A stretch of DNA of 50,976 nt, filler included, from Jimgerdemannia flammicorona (lineage: Eukaryota), in NCBI GenBank assembly GCA_003990765.1. It is 2 parts of 2 records of this genome, joined end to end, with 100 filler letters (N's around TTAATTAATTAA, not from the genome) between each part and the next. Parts side by side here need not be neighbours in the genome. Positions count along the whole stretch, not along the records: positions 1 to 25,447 come from RBNJ01000832.1; 1 more part is not named here. One strand, 5' to 3'. Position numbers and translations under genes: made by a program. This document shows positions 11,739 through 22,800 of the stretch, in pieces. How positions within the stretch are numbered: the first letter of the stretch is position 1; every line of letters starts with the position of its first letter. The notes below the pieces were generated by a model. The model did no database searches and was not told where the DNA came from. It worked only from the letters and a program-made list of their open reading frames with translations.

Positions 11739-12390
11739 TGGCCTCTTCACATATGAATGCGATTGGTGGGCCTTTGGAAGCATATGCTTCCTTTGAGCCA
11801 AACTCATGTCTCACATTAGATTCATTTTATATAGAACACTATTCATCTCATGTTAGCCTCCTCATACGTGGGACACTTTGATATAGTTGTGAATATAGTT
11901 CAAAATGCAGCAAAGTGGCCATTGCACTTAACACTTGTGTGTCTAACATTCATTGTGCAATGCAACTACCATCTTAGATTAGTCAGTTTCAATCGCTTCC
12001 TGTACCCTACTATGCGCTTAAACATTCATACAATGTAATCATACAATCCACCATCTTAGCTTAGTCAGTTTCAATCACTTTCTGCACCCTACCTTAGCTA
12101 GCCCGAGCTCCAACCGCATGCCCAAGAGTTAGGCAGCAGCCACACATTTCCCTCAACATACTCTAGCAATCATCATTAGTAATTTATATCAATCGATTTC
12201 ATGCATCCCTCTCACCCATCCCCCTTTGGAACAATAAATGTGCGCCTGGCCTCTTCGCATATGAATGCGATTGGCGGGCCTTCGGAAGTGTATGCTTCCT
12301 TTGAGCCAAACCCATGTCCCACATTAGATTCATTTTATATAGAACACTATTCATCTCACGTTAGTCTCCTCATGCGCGGGATACTTTGAT
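11739..12390 (+). repeat. 3' repeat block B1 (11739-11882), A2 (11880-12205), spacer with AATAAA (12233-12238), B2 (12247-12390)
   Basis: Direct comparison of the repeat copies. Confidence 0.95.
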
Positions 12391-13204
12391 CATACAAATC
12401 TATATAAATGAAGATGGAGACTTTTGGTTTAAGCAGAATAGTAATTAGAATCTATGATCACTTACCAAAAGTACTATAAGTAAATAATATTTTTTATTCA
12501 TATATATATCAAATTTTAGATCTAATATTTATTATAATTACAGTTCTTTGATATCCTCTTTGGATAGTCAGAATACAGTGATATCAATCTTGTCTTTTTT
12601 TTCTATAGTACTATAATTTAATATAAAATCAATAATAAAGAACAGATATTGTAAGAATATATATCAATTAATATTATCAAAATATTAGTCTTCTTTAAGT
12701 ATTATTTATATTATATAAAATATCTATAATTTATTTCTATAGTATTACTATTGGATAAGCATTACTATTTACTTGAGATAATTTAGAGCTAGTATAAATT
12801 ATATATACATTAATACAATCTATTGAAGGTTATGAATTCTAATATATATCCCTGATTAAATCAGTAACTACAAGATTCAATAGTCTCAATAATGATACTA
12901 GAATACTAGTTTGGATTCTAGAGAGAAGACAAGAAATATATATATATATATCAAAAGGTTTAACTCTACAGTAAACATTCTGAGATACATAAATACTAGA
13001 ATAAGATTTATATAGATATTAGAATATATATATAATAGTAAAATCTATATTATATATACTTACAGATATACTATATCAAGATTAGGAGTAGTTTAGCTAT
13101 TGAGACTAAAAATTACATACTTATATTAGAATAAAGTATAATTTATTTTGCCTTTAGTTGAATTGATATATTTTGATTAAATGCTATCAAGCTTTCCAAC
13201 TTAA

Positions 13205-16200
13205 GAGACTGTGGAATACCTGAGTAGAGAATATTTAGATAAAGATTATTTACTGAAAAAGTAAGAAGTCTCTGGAGAGAGTCTTTTGAGTGAAGTTAAA
13301 GGAGGTTGCTAAATTATATTGAGGTGAGGCTGATAGGTTTAAAGTTGCTCAGCAGAGGTAATAAGTGAGGTAAGTCTCTTATAGAATAAAGAAGTTCTAG
13401 CTGGAATGGGCAGAGATATTGAAGTAGAGAATATAGAAGATTAGAAGCTGAGAAGAACCTGGCTAGAGATAGAGGAGTTGAAGAGAGTATTGAGAGAAGA
13501 GGAAGAGGTTCATATATAAAATATAGTAGCTCAGCTATAGTGATAGGAGCTTGAGAAAGATGGGAAACCTACCAAGTATCTATATAGACTCCTTCAGATA
13601 AGGAGAGTGAGGCAGTAAGAGGATAGAGTACTCAATGAGAAGAGTATAATAGTAAATGAGATATAGAGAATCTCAAGCACTTTGAAGGGTAGATGGGGAG
13701 ATCTGTGGAGTGAGGAAGAAGGAAGTGCTGATAAGAAGACAATTGAGTACTCTCTAGAGGATTAGTACTCTCTACAGATTGATGGTCTTAAAGACTTAGA
13801 GACTTAGTTCAGCTAGTTCAGGAGGATAAAATTTTGAGTATTTTGTTAACTATGAAATAGAGCATAGCTTTTGGTGAGGTTGATCTGCCTTGGGACTTTT
13901 AGAAAAAGATGATGAGAGTCCCAAGGATATTGAGGGAGATGATAGTATAATGTGACTTTGTTCTTATATCTGAAGAGTAGATTGAGGGTCAGGATCTTAG
14001 TCTAGTATAAAGAAAAAGTAGAAGAGAGAATTGGAAGAATTAGAGACCAATTATGCTCCTGGATATAGATAGAAAGTTAGTTATAAAGATGATTATTGTG
14101 AAATTACAGAGGGTGATTCAATAGATATTAGAAGTTAAGTAGAGAAATTTTATTAATAGTAGACTACTTAGAGATAGAATGGTCTGAGTTTATAATATAA
14201 TTGAAAGGATAAGAGCTAGTGAACTAAATAGATAATTGGTCTTCTTGAATCAGAAGAAGGTCTATGATTGGGTATAGTATATATATCTAGCTGAAGAAGA
14301 TATTAGAGAGAATTGATATCCTTTACCAGTTTCAGCTTTTAATAATCAGTCTTTTGCAGAGAAGTCAGGCTGCAATTTTATGCAATAGCTATTATAGTAT
14401 CTCATTCTCATTAGAGAGAAGAGTCCCTCAGAGAGACTCATTATTATCTATTCTTTATATACTATTATTAAAACCTCTAATAGACAGAATTTACTATAGA
14501 ATATTAGAGCTTTTAGTCTTTATAGTAGTGTGGAAGATTGAGGGTTAGTACTCCAAATGAGCTAATTTGGATCAATTTAAAGTAGCTTATAGATTATATA
14601 ATTTGAAGAAAATTTAATATATCAATATCATTATTTTGATTTCCAAATTAGACAATTAAATATTTATATCAATAACTTGATAATTTTTTATCTAATTTTG
14701 ATGATTGTAGTATTATTTAAAATCTCTTAATAAGGTCTTTCTAATGATATCAAGAATATTAAAAATCAGATAATATATTGCTGAGTTATTAAGAAAAATG
14801 TCTGACTCACTAATTTTGAAAATTTTTTCAAAAAAATATTTTTATTAATAGCTTAGTAATATATCATCTAATTTCAACCTTCTTGATATATATCATTAGA
14901 AGAGCCTCTTTAAGAGCTTTTAAATGATATCACTATTATCAAAATTGAATAATTTTATATCAAGTTATTAATATAAATATTTAATTATCTAATTTGGAAA
15001 TTGAAATAATAATTTTGATATATCAAATTCTCTTTAAATTATATCATCTATAAGCTACTTAGAATTAATCTGGATTGGCTTATTTGGAGTACTAGTTGGG
15101 GTCTTTATAGATAATATAATAGTAGAGCTTAGTTCTATTACTAATATTACTAAGCTGAAGGCTACTGTAGACTGATATGAGAAATACTCTAGAATTAAGC
15201 TCAACTAGTATAAGTGTGAGATAATGGTATTAGGGAATAGTTTAGTAGATAGAGATATTGTGAGTACTATTATATCTACTGAGGAGATGGTACAGTATCT
15301 GAATATATTTCTATCAGTATATAGATCTGTTTTGTTCAGAATTTAGTAAGAGAAAAAGGTGGCAGAATAGAGGGAGGCTCTTTAAGAGTAGGGGGGTGCT
15401 ATATTTCTCTTATCAGATATATAGATATTAATTCTTAATATCTACTGATTACTAAAATTATAGTATCTGATATATCACTTAGACTTTTCTGCTTAAGTAG
15501 TAAAAAGACTGCTAAAGATAACTAAGAATAGATCTGAGCAGAGAGAAGGAGCCAGATATACTAGGAGATCTTGATAATTCTAATAGATAAGAGAGGGGGT
15601 TTAGGTCTGGTAGACTTTCTAAAGAAGTTATACTGCCTTAAAGCTTGGTGGTTGAAGATAACTATTGAGCTATATGGTGAAGAATAGGTGCTTTTATTGC
15701 AGAAGGTCTAAGAGGTGAGGTTCTCATCTAAAAGATCTTCTGATAATTTGTTATCTATAGTCAAACTAAGAGACAGTAGATATATATAATATAGAGAATT
15801 CTGATAAGTGGTAGTAGAGAGAGACTCACTATATTGATCTATGTAGAGAGATAATAAGAAGAAGATACAATGGAGATCTATAATATAGAGATAGGACAGA
15901 CTTCTCTTGAGTTATTTATCAGTGATAGACTTCAATTATAATATTAGTATTGAGTATCAATAAGATATGAGACAGGATTTATAGTCAGTAAGCTGATAGT
16001 TGACAGATATTGATAAGGTATTAACTGAGCTAGAGTCTGATCCTAAAGTGTGGAGGTATGGCAGTGGCTTCCTCTAAATCTGATAGTTTTTAAAAGAGAG
16101 AGAGTGGGAGAGAGGGAGTGTGTTGGAGTGGAATAGAGTGAGATTGAGTTGGGGCTAATGGTGTGGTATGAGGACTGTGTGCTTGTTATATATTAGTAAT

Positions 16201-16222
16201 AAAGAAGCACAATGCTCAGGGA
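13205..16222 (+). mobile_element. Old 5'-truncated Tx1/L1-like LINE (ORF2 RT region), interrupted by a MITE and ending at an (AT)n tract
   Basis: Decayed motifs ENWKN*RPIMLLDIDRKLV, LVFLNQKKVYD, RVPQRDSLLSILYILLLKPL, YLNIFLSVY, homologous to the other LINE copies in the window. AATAAA at ~16198, then (AT)n. Confidence 0.85.
14546..15094. mobile_element. Fold-back MITE with ~250-bp TIRs (possibly Mutator-like)
   Basis: Termini TAGTACTCCAAATGAGC... and ...GCTTATTTGGAGTACTA. The arms pair along nearly the whole 549 bp. It interrupts the LINE WKVGAFADD motif. Degenerate 7-9 bp duplication ATTGAGGGT/GTTGGGGTC. Confidence 0.85.
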
Positions 16223-16716
16223 ATATATATATATATATATATATATAGAATATATCTCATTTATTAAGGAAATTATAACATTGATAATTCAATATTTATG
16301 ATCTATATTTTGGAAAATGACAATATTATTTATTTAATCCAATAGCAGAATATTCTGTGAATCAATAATCAAGTTAATATAGTCATATAGCTCCAGCATT
16401 AGCCAATAGCATAATATTTATTATATAAATGATATACATTTATATCAATAGTTTTACTATTGGTGTCATGTAATATTAGCCAATAGCTGAATAATATTCT
16501 ATGTTGATATTTCCCTAGCATATATAGACTATCTAACTATTTCAGCAGCTTTGCATTAGGCACACTTTCCATAGTCCTATATTGCCTATCATCTTAGCTC
16601 ATGACGTTAAATGAACTGCCGTCCTATGCATCATGAGATTATATCTGAACTGCAGGCCCTTGGACAGTGGGCACTATATAAGTGCAGCTGAAATTAACTG
16701 AACTGTTGGGTATTTT

Positions 16717-17094
16717 GTGTATACCAGTAAAGGCTCTGGTTATATCAGAACGGTGAGGATGCTACTTGACAATGGTGCCAACGTGTTTGTTAAAGACGAT
16801 TCAGGTATTACGCCACTGCACCTGGCCACGACGATTGGCTACATCGAGGTAACAAAAATGCATCTTGACAATGGCGCCGAGGTGAACGCTACGACAAGAT
16901 ACATGCCTCTTGACAATGGCGCCCAAGAGAAATTGACACCACCACACAATGCCGTGTCGAATGGTCGGACACTTGGCATCATTATGGTATTTCATTACTG
17001 TCCGCCTCGGCGACCACCCGACTTCATGAAAGTGTGCAAAGGCTCCCATTCGATATTGTTATTATCTATCTTATATCATAGTTCAGACACTTGA
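16717..17094 (+). pseudogene. Ankyrin-repeat gene fragment (2-3 repeats)
   Basis: VRMLLDNGANVFVKDDSGITPLHLATTIGYIEVTKMHLDNGAEVNA...LTPPHNAVSNGR. No ATG start and a non-ankyrin tail, so probably a fragment or single exon. Confidence 0.75.
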
Positions 17095-17309
17095 TATCAA
17101 TATAGTCGGCGATGGGACTTCACCCGACTTTATTAAAGTCTGCCTCCGACTACCTGAATTTATTATAAGCCAGCTAAGCGATCTCCGCCAATCGTATGCC
17201 GAGCGAGAACCAAATAAAAAATGAAAACCTGAATGGCCGTCATCTAATCTCCCCCAGCTTGTAAAATACGCACAGAATTCACCTCTACAGATGCATCAAC
17301 AAAATAGCA

Positions 17310-18551
17310 TCATTCATTACACTGTGTAGTCAAGATTTCCTGTTGAATACGATAGAGATCGATTACGATAATGGGGGCAACAGCTGGTGGGGTGACCGCG
17401 ACATATCCGAATAAGTTGGGAACGCCCGCGACGATTGGTGGATCCCAGAATATCTCATTCGTTGGAATCTGGATTTGGAATCCAGGAACACCCACGGCAT
17501 TACACCCAGTGGGAATATGCGAATGCTTTGCCAGCGTGCCAAAGTCCCACTTGATGATTTGAAAAAATGCAAGTGAGCCTCCGGAATTCGATGGTATTTA
17601 ATTGATACTAAAATTGAGCTTTACCATGGTGAATCCGGGCGCCGGCGCTCCTTGCTGCCAGAGTCGCGCCTAATATTCAAAATGGTCTTTAGGATATTCT
17701 AGATATACAGCAAGAAAATATCCGTTCAAGACTTACCGTCATCGACCGATGATATTGACCCTGCGGATTTCTAACGATCCTCTTTTCATGAACTTTGATC
17801 CCCAATACAAAGCGTATGTATGGCTCCTGCAACCAATTCCGACATCTGGCCTCCCAGTCTTGAGTGGACTGATGTATGGCAACCTCGCAAACTATCCGTG
17901 CGTATGGGTAATTCTACAAATACCAATATTGGATATAACTTTCAAAACAAAGGTGATAATACAGAACGAAATTTTGAAGTACCTGGGAATTTCCAGGGGG
18001 AGGTCCGGGATATGGCATAATGGGGACCTGAACCTGAACGTTGCTTGGTGAAACAGCAACGTCTGGAGCGACAAGGAGTCCACCTCCTCCGGGTGCATTA
18101 TGATCTAAGGAAAGGATATGAGAATGGTTGAAATCATATACATGTCAAGTGGTCAAACAGATTTCAGGGATTTCACTTACAAGGCTGCCCCCAAACGCGA
18201 ATGGGAGGATTCCAAAGAACGCCGCCGTTGGCGACTCTGAACACAGCTTGTAGAGAAGAAATGACAGCTTCATGCTCGGAATCAGCCATATCAACGATGT
18301 ATACGTCACCGTCGGCGTTTAGCTTGAACTTGTATCCGGGCGCCTCACGAAGAACAACGAAAGTATTGTACCGTTCCACTGAAACGTTCGTACCGATTCG
18401 TAGGGGCAACCTGTAATCACATCCACAAAACACTGGACAGTTAGAGCAAAGCAAACTTCTTGATGGGCAGGATGCACGCAGGCTTAATGATGCACGCCTA
18501 CCTGTCCACGGTTACCGGTTCTTTGGGGAGGCGAAGAGAGGTTTTGTGCAT
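17310..18551 (-). CDS. Intact six-exon gene, 287 aa, Uma2-like / putative restriction-endonuclease-fold (PD-(D/E)XK) protein
   Basis: Exons 18551-18502, 18410-18181, 18104-17983, 17913-17737, 17669-17625, 17549-17310. All introns are GT..AG, 65-91 bp. The exons splice into one 864-nt frame: MHKTSL...GDVYIVDMADSEHE...VAPDVAVSP...YARIVCEVAIHQS...FVLGIKV...WDFGT...IVIDLYRIQQEILTTQCNE*. The family call rests on the H-E / PD / EVA..QS motif pattern. Confidence 0.85.
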
Positions 18552-18599
18552 TGCAGTGAAATGCAAGACAATGCTGGTGGCAAAAAAACAACCTGTGAA

Positions 18600-18671
18600 G
18601 TTTTTCTACCTTGACAGTTTTTCATTTTTGTGACAGTTTTTCTACCGTGACAGTTTTTAATTTTTGTGACA
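18600..18671. repeat. Tandem duplication of a ~36-bp unit containing repeated TGACA(GTTTTT) motifs
   Basis: GTTTTTCTACC(T/G)TGACAGTTTTT(C/A)ATTTTTGTGACA occurs twice, ~50 bp upstream of the nuclease ATG. Confidence 0.75.
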
Positions 18672-18819
18672 TTTTGGGCCTTGGGTAGCTTGAAGAGAAA
18701 TCATTAAGTCAACCATTGGTACCAATATAGGTGTTGGGAACTGACAGGCACAGTTGATTGAATATGGAAATTTGAGTTTGCCTTTTTTTTTTTTTTTTTT
18801 TTTCACTCTATATTCTTCA

Positions 18820-19885
18820 AAGATCTGAATACCAACTCCTTCTGGAGGACCTTGAGCAAGTCCTAGTTCTTTAGGAACTTGTAGATTCTTCTAGCAAGAA
18901 TAAGATTGAAGGTGAGAGTGAGAAATCCAACTTTGATAGCATCAACTACTCTACTGATAATGATGATAACATACTCTTGATAACCTATATTCAAGTCTAG
19001 CTCCAGAACTATCTGAAGTTATGAGATCACATAGCCTAGGCCTTGAATCATCTGGACCGACTCTTTTATGAACTTGACAATAGACAGTTCAAGCAGAAAG
19101 TCTGTATAACTAGATAGTACTTTCAGAATCTCCTCATACTTATTAAAAATCACTCTATTTTTCAAAACAAAAATCAGCAGCATTCTGTCAATTATCAACT
19201 TCTAGTAATATTGAAGAGATTCAGATAGTTTGAAAATAAAGTAATAGTCAGAGTAATTGTATAGTTTTTTTTGGCTTATTAAGTAATATTCTGCATTATA
19301 GTTTCTTTAAGTTTCTATCTATATTCAAGATATAAGAATCAGAAGTAAACTCTTTTTAGTATTTTTATATATATTTTTATTATTATTATTATTATTTTGA
19401 AAGAGCTATAGAGCTGTATACTGACTGATATATTGTTACTATTCTGTTATTAGAGAAATAGGCTGTTTCTCAGCTGATAGAGAAGAAATAATGAGAAATT
19501 AATTACCAGATATTAGTGAATAGTAGTTTTCTATTCTGCTTAAGTTTTATAGATAGAACTCTCTTTATTCTAAATAACAAACCTTTCTTGAATAAAGAGA
19601 ACTACTATAGCTAGAAGAAATAGTATGATATTATCAGATTGATTATATATATGTGATAATAATAAGAGAATCTGATATATATATGTATATACTGATTGGA
19701 CTGGCTGTATTTATGATACTTATATTTGAGAACAATATACTGTTATATTAGCTGGAAAAATTCTTCTCTAGTGATAAATATCTTCTGATCAACTCAGGCA
19801 ATACTCTGGATCTCCAAATCATCTCAGTTTTTAAAATGCCTCCATATCATAGTTTAATAATAGAGGAGGCTCAGTTCACAATACC
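18820..19885 (+). pseudogene. PIF/Harbinger (DDE_Tnp_4-like) transposase remnant, cut at its 3' end by a LINE insertion
   Basis: Translates to ELDNRQFKQKVCITR*YFQNLLILIKNHSIF...QLLVILKRF, CLSFIDRTLF (CLGFIDGT), NYYS*KK*Y, CDNNKRI, WTGCIYD, YLLINSGN (YLLADSGY), FKMPP...EEAQF. Confidence 0.85.
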
Positions 19886-19893
19886 ACAAACAC

Positions 19894-22800
19894 CTCTGGT
19901 AATATTTGGGTTATACAAACTTCTATCAATACTCTCAATATCATTTTTAGAGAAAAGATACTAGTAATAAAGTAACTGATAAGTATTCTGAGATATATGC
20001 TGGGCAGGGTGGCTCTAGTATATTCAACTAGCAGCATGTGGAGAGGAGTTATGACTTATGAGAAAGCATAAGAGGTCTGCTGGCTGGAGGATGTGGAAGG
20101 AGAGGAGGCAGTACTGGGGGATAGAGAACTGAGAGGATGAGCTTTGCTAATAAGGTAAAGAGAGGTCATCTGATGACTAGACTGGAGGGCTGTCTAAGGA
20201 AGAGCAAGGAGATAGTAAGGAATGTTGAGTCTGGGGGAGCAGTCTAGGGTAGTGAAGGCAGTAGGGCTGGGGGAGTAGTGGCTAGAGAGAACAGAACTAC
20301 TGATGGCAAGAGAACTATTAATCTGGAAAAAAATCTAGATATGATAGTTGATGGCAGAACTGGATAGAGAGTGGGCATGAGGCCCAGAGATCTGACAGAT
20401 AGTGTAACAGGCCTGGTAGTGGTACTATTACTCAAGAAATTAAGGTTAGAATTCACTATCACACTGTGTTTCTGGAGCTTAACAGTGACTGTGAGAATGA
20501 TTCTGGGGCTTCTGGTCCAGAAGGTAAAGGGAGCTGCCTTGATGAAGTTTTTGAAGAAGCTGAAAGGGGTGGAGGTTGGATTTATAGAGGAAAATGTGCT
20601 ATTGGAGATGATGGAGAAGGGGGTGGTAGTGAGGGGAGTAGCAATTTCTATGGTCAGGTACTTATATTGAGACCCTGAGTGGTATAGTTGACAGTAATGG
20701 ATATTTCTATAGTATTGAAGGAGGTGGCCAGGGGGCTGATTGTGGAGGCCATCAAGGAGTATAAGAATATCTGAATGTTGAGTTTTGGGTCTGGGAAGAC
20801 ATAGAGTTCAGGATAGGAGATGTAGACATCAGGGTACAGCTGGTAGGCAAGGAGAATATAGGGAAGATGTGTGACTGACCAGCAGTACTCAAATGGAGAC
20901 TAGTGGAATGTAAAGTCTCCAGAGTGAAAGGGATGTAGAAAGAAGAAGTGGACTTACTAGAGGCATTAGAGGATCTGACTGAGGTTGTTGAAAGAAGGAG
21001 ACTGATCTGGAAGAAGTTTAAGACTAAGATAATAGTGGAGATCATAAATAGTAAAAAGGTGAGACTAGATCAGGTAGCCTGGAAGAGGGTACAGGGGAGA
21101 CATATTCAGAAGGACCTGTTGGCAAAGTTGGGAGGGGAGAAAGCCAGGGGGTCCACTGCTGAAGATACTGGATTGAGAGTGAGTATCTGGGCTAGATAGA
21201 AGAGAGCAGCTCTAGGGGAGACCCAGAGAGAGAGAGGTAGTACTGGGTTGAGTATTATCATGGAGAATGTGGAGAAGGTTGAGGGGGAGCACCTTCAGTA
21301 TAGTATACTAGGTGGAGCTGCTGGCTAGGATAAATTGCAGGATGTGTAAAAGGAGGATTGAGATAAATTGACAGGAAGGAATACAGAGGGTAGGCAGGTG
21401 AAGAGGGGGAAGAGAGTGGTCCAGAGAGTTGAGAAGACAGTGGATGAGGAAAAATAGCTATGGAAAACACTTGAGAATGTAGCAGCTAAGGAGCTGGGGG
21501 GAGAGGACTTTTAGGTACTGAGCAAAAGATACTAGACTGAAATATCTATATGATAAGAAGGTGCTGAGGAAACTCTGAGATGAGATAATGACAGCCTTGC
21601 TGGAAGTGGAGGCTTATCAAGTAAATAATGACAGAGAGGCAGCACTTCTGGTAATTGTAAATGATTGGGCTGCTTATATGTGGGGTCTGAGAAAAGGGCT
21701 GGCAAAGTAGCAGATAGTATATGAGGAATATCAGATAGAGATGGAAGCTGTGGATAGTGCAGATTGTCAGGAGATCTTGATAGCACTAGAAGTGCAGCAG
21801 AGAGAGACAGATGAGCTTAAGACAGAGAGGAACCTGAATCTTACTGATGAAGGGATGAGCATGGAATTATAGAGTAAGTACTTCTCTTTAAACATTATTT
21901 AATATAAATAGTATAACAAGAATCTTCTCTTTGAATATCAATGATCTGAGGAGTGTGACAAGATATCAAAATATCTTTAATTAGTTGAAGGAGCTGGAGG
22001 CAGATATTTTCTTACTGCAGGATATACTAGACTAGATGAGAGAATGGAGAGGTGTGGCAGTATGGCAGGGTCTGGTGGGCATTCTGGTTAGGAAGGGGGT
22101 GGGGGACATTGGGGATATTGGACATTAGGGGGGCAGATTGGTATGAGGAGTGTGGAGGATACTGGGCTGGAGCCCCTTGACTGTTGGGTCATGCTACTGC
22201 TCAGCAGAAAGGAGGGAATAGGTGGATTGGATAAGGGGTCTGTAAGAGGTGAGTGTTTTGACAGCTGCAGAAATTGACTATCTGAGGGGTGACTTTAATT
22301 TGATATGCAATAGAAGGATGAACAGAACTAATAGTAGGAAGGGATAGTGAGCAGGAGTGGAGAGATAGAAGATTGAGAGAAGATTGAGAGAATGAGCTCT
22401 TTGGTAGATATAGGGAGACTTGGGTGAAGAGATCACTAGATCTATACTCACTGGATAGTAGAGTTGGGATCAAGGATTAACTGAGTATTGATGGCTAAAT
22501 GCTGGAGTGCAGATATCTGGAGTGAGATTGAGATAGTCTGGTATCCTTAGTCTGATTACTGGAGATTGCTGGATAGAGAGAGGTTTGGGGGTAGGGGAGA
22601 GAGACTCAGATATTAGCATCTGAATACCTCACTACTGGGGGACCCTACCTTATGAGAAGAATGGGTAGTAGAGGTTAGTACTAGGATTATTGGCTAGAGG
22701 GCACAGGGGTTGGAGATTAGAGATCATTGGTAGTGGTTGAAATCTAATGCTCAGTAATACTGGGGTGAGGCTGGAAGAGCTCAGCAGAGGAGTCATATTA

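Larger units (their letters stand above)
7424..12390 (+). mobile_element. Ngaro-type (DIRS order) tyrosine-recombinase retrotransposon with split direct repeats A1-ORFs-B1-A2-B2; structurally complete but inactivated
   Basis: A1 7426-7751 matches A2 11880-12205 (326 bp each). B1 11739-11882 matches B2 12247-12390 (144 bp each). Gag, RT/RNase H and YR ORFs lie between. No integrase or protease. Confidence 0.95.

Noticed and set aside
12400..13200. Possible copia 5' fragment (GGTTATGAATTC at ~12828 resembles a PBS)
   Set aside because: Too decayed; no gag motif or LTR partner recovered.
16250..16560. Repeated CAATAGC..AATATT motifs
   Set aside because: Three to four loose copies in AT-rich DNA; cannot be distinguished from decayed repeat debris.
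18783..18803. Poly-T as the tail of a minus-strand LINE
   Set aside because: The adjacent sequence is plus-strand Harbinger transposase, and no LINE body or TSD is present.
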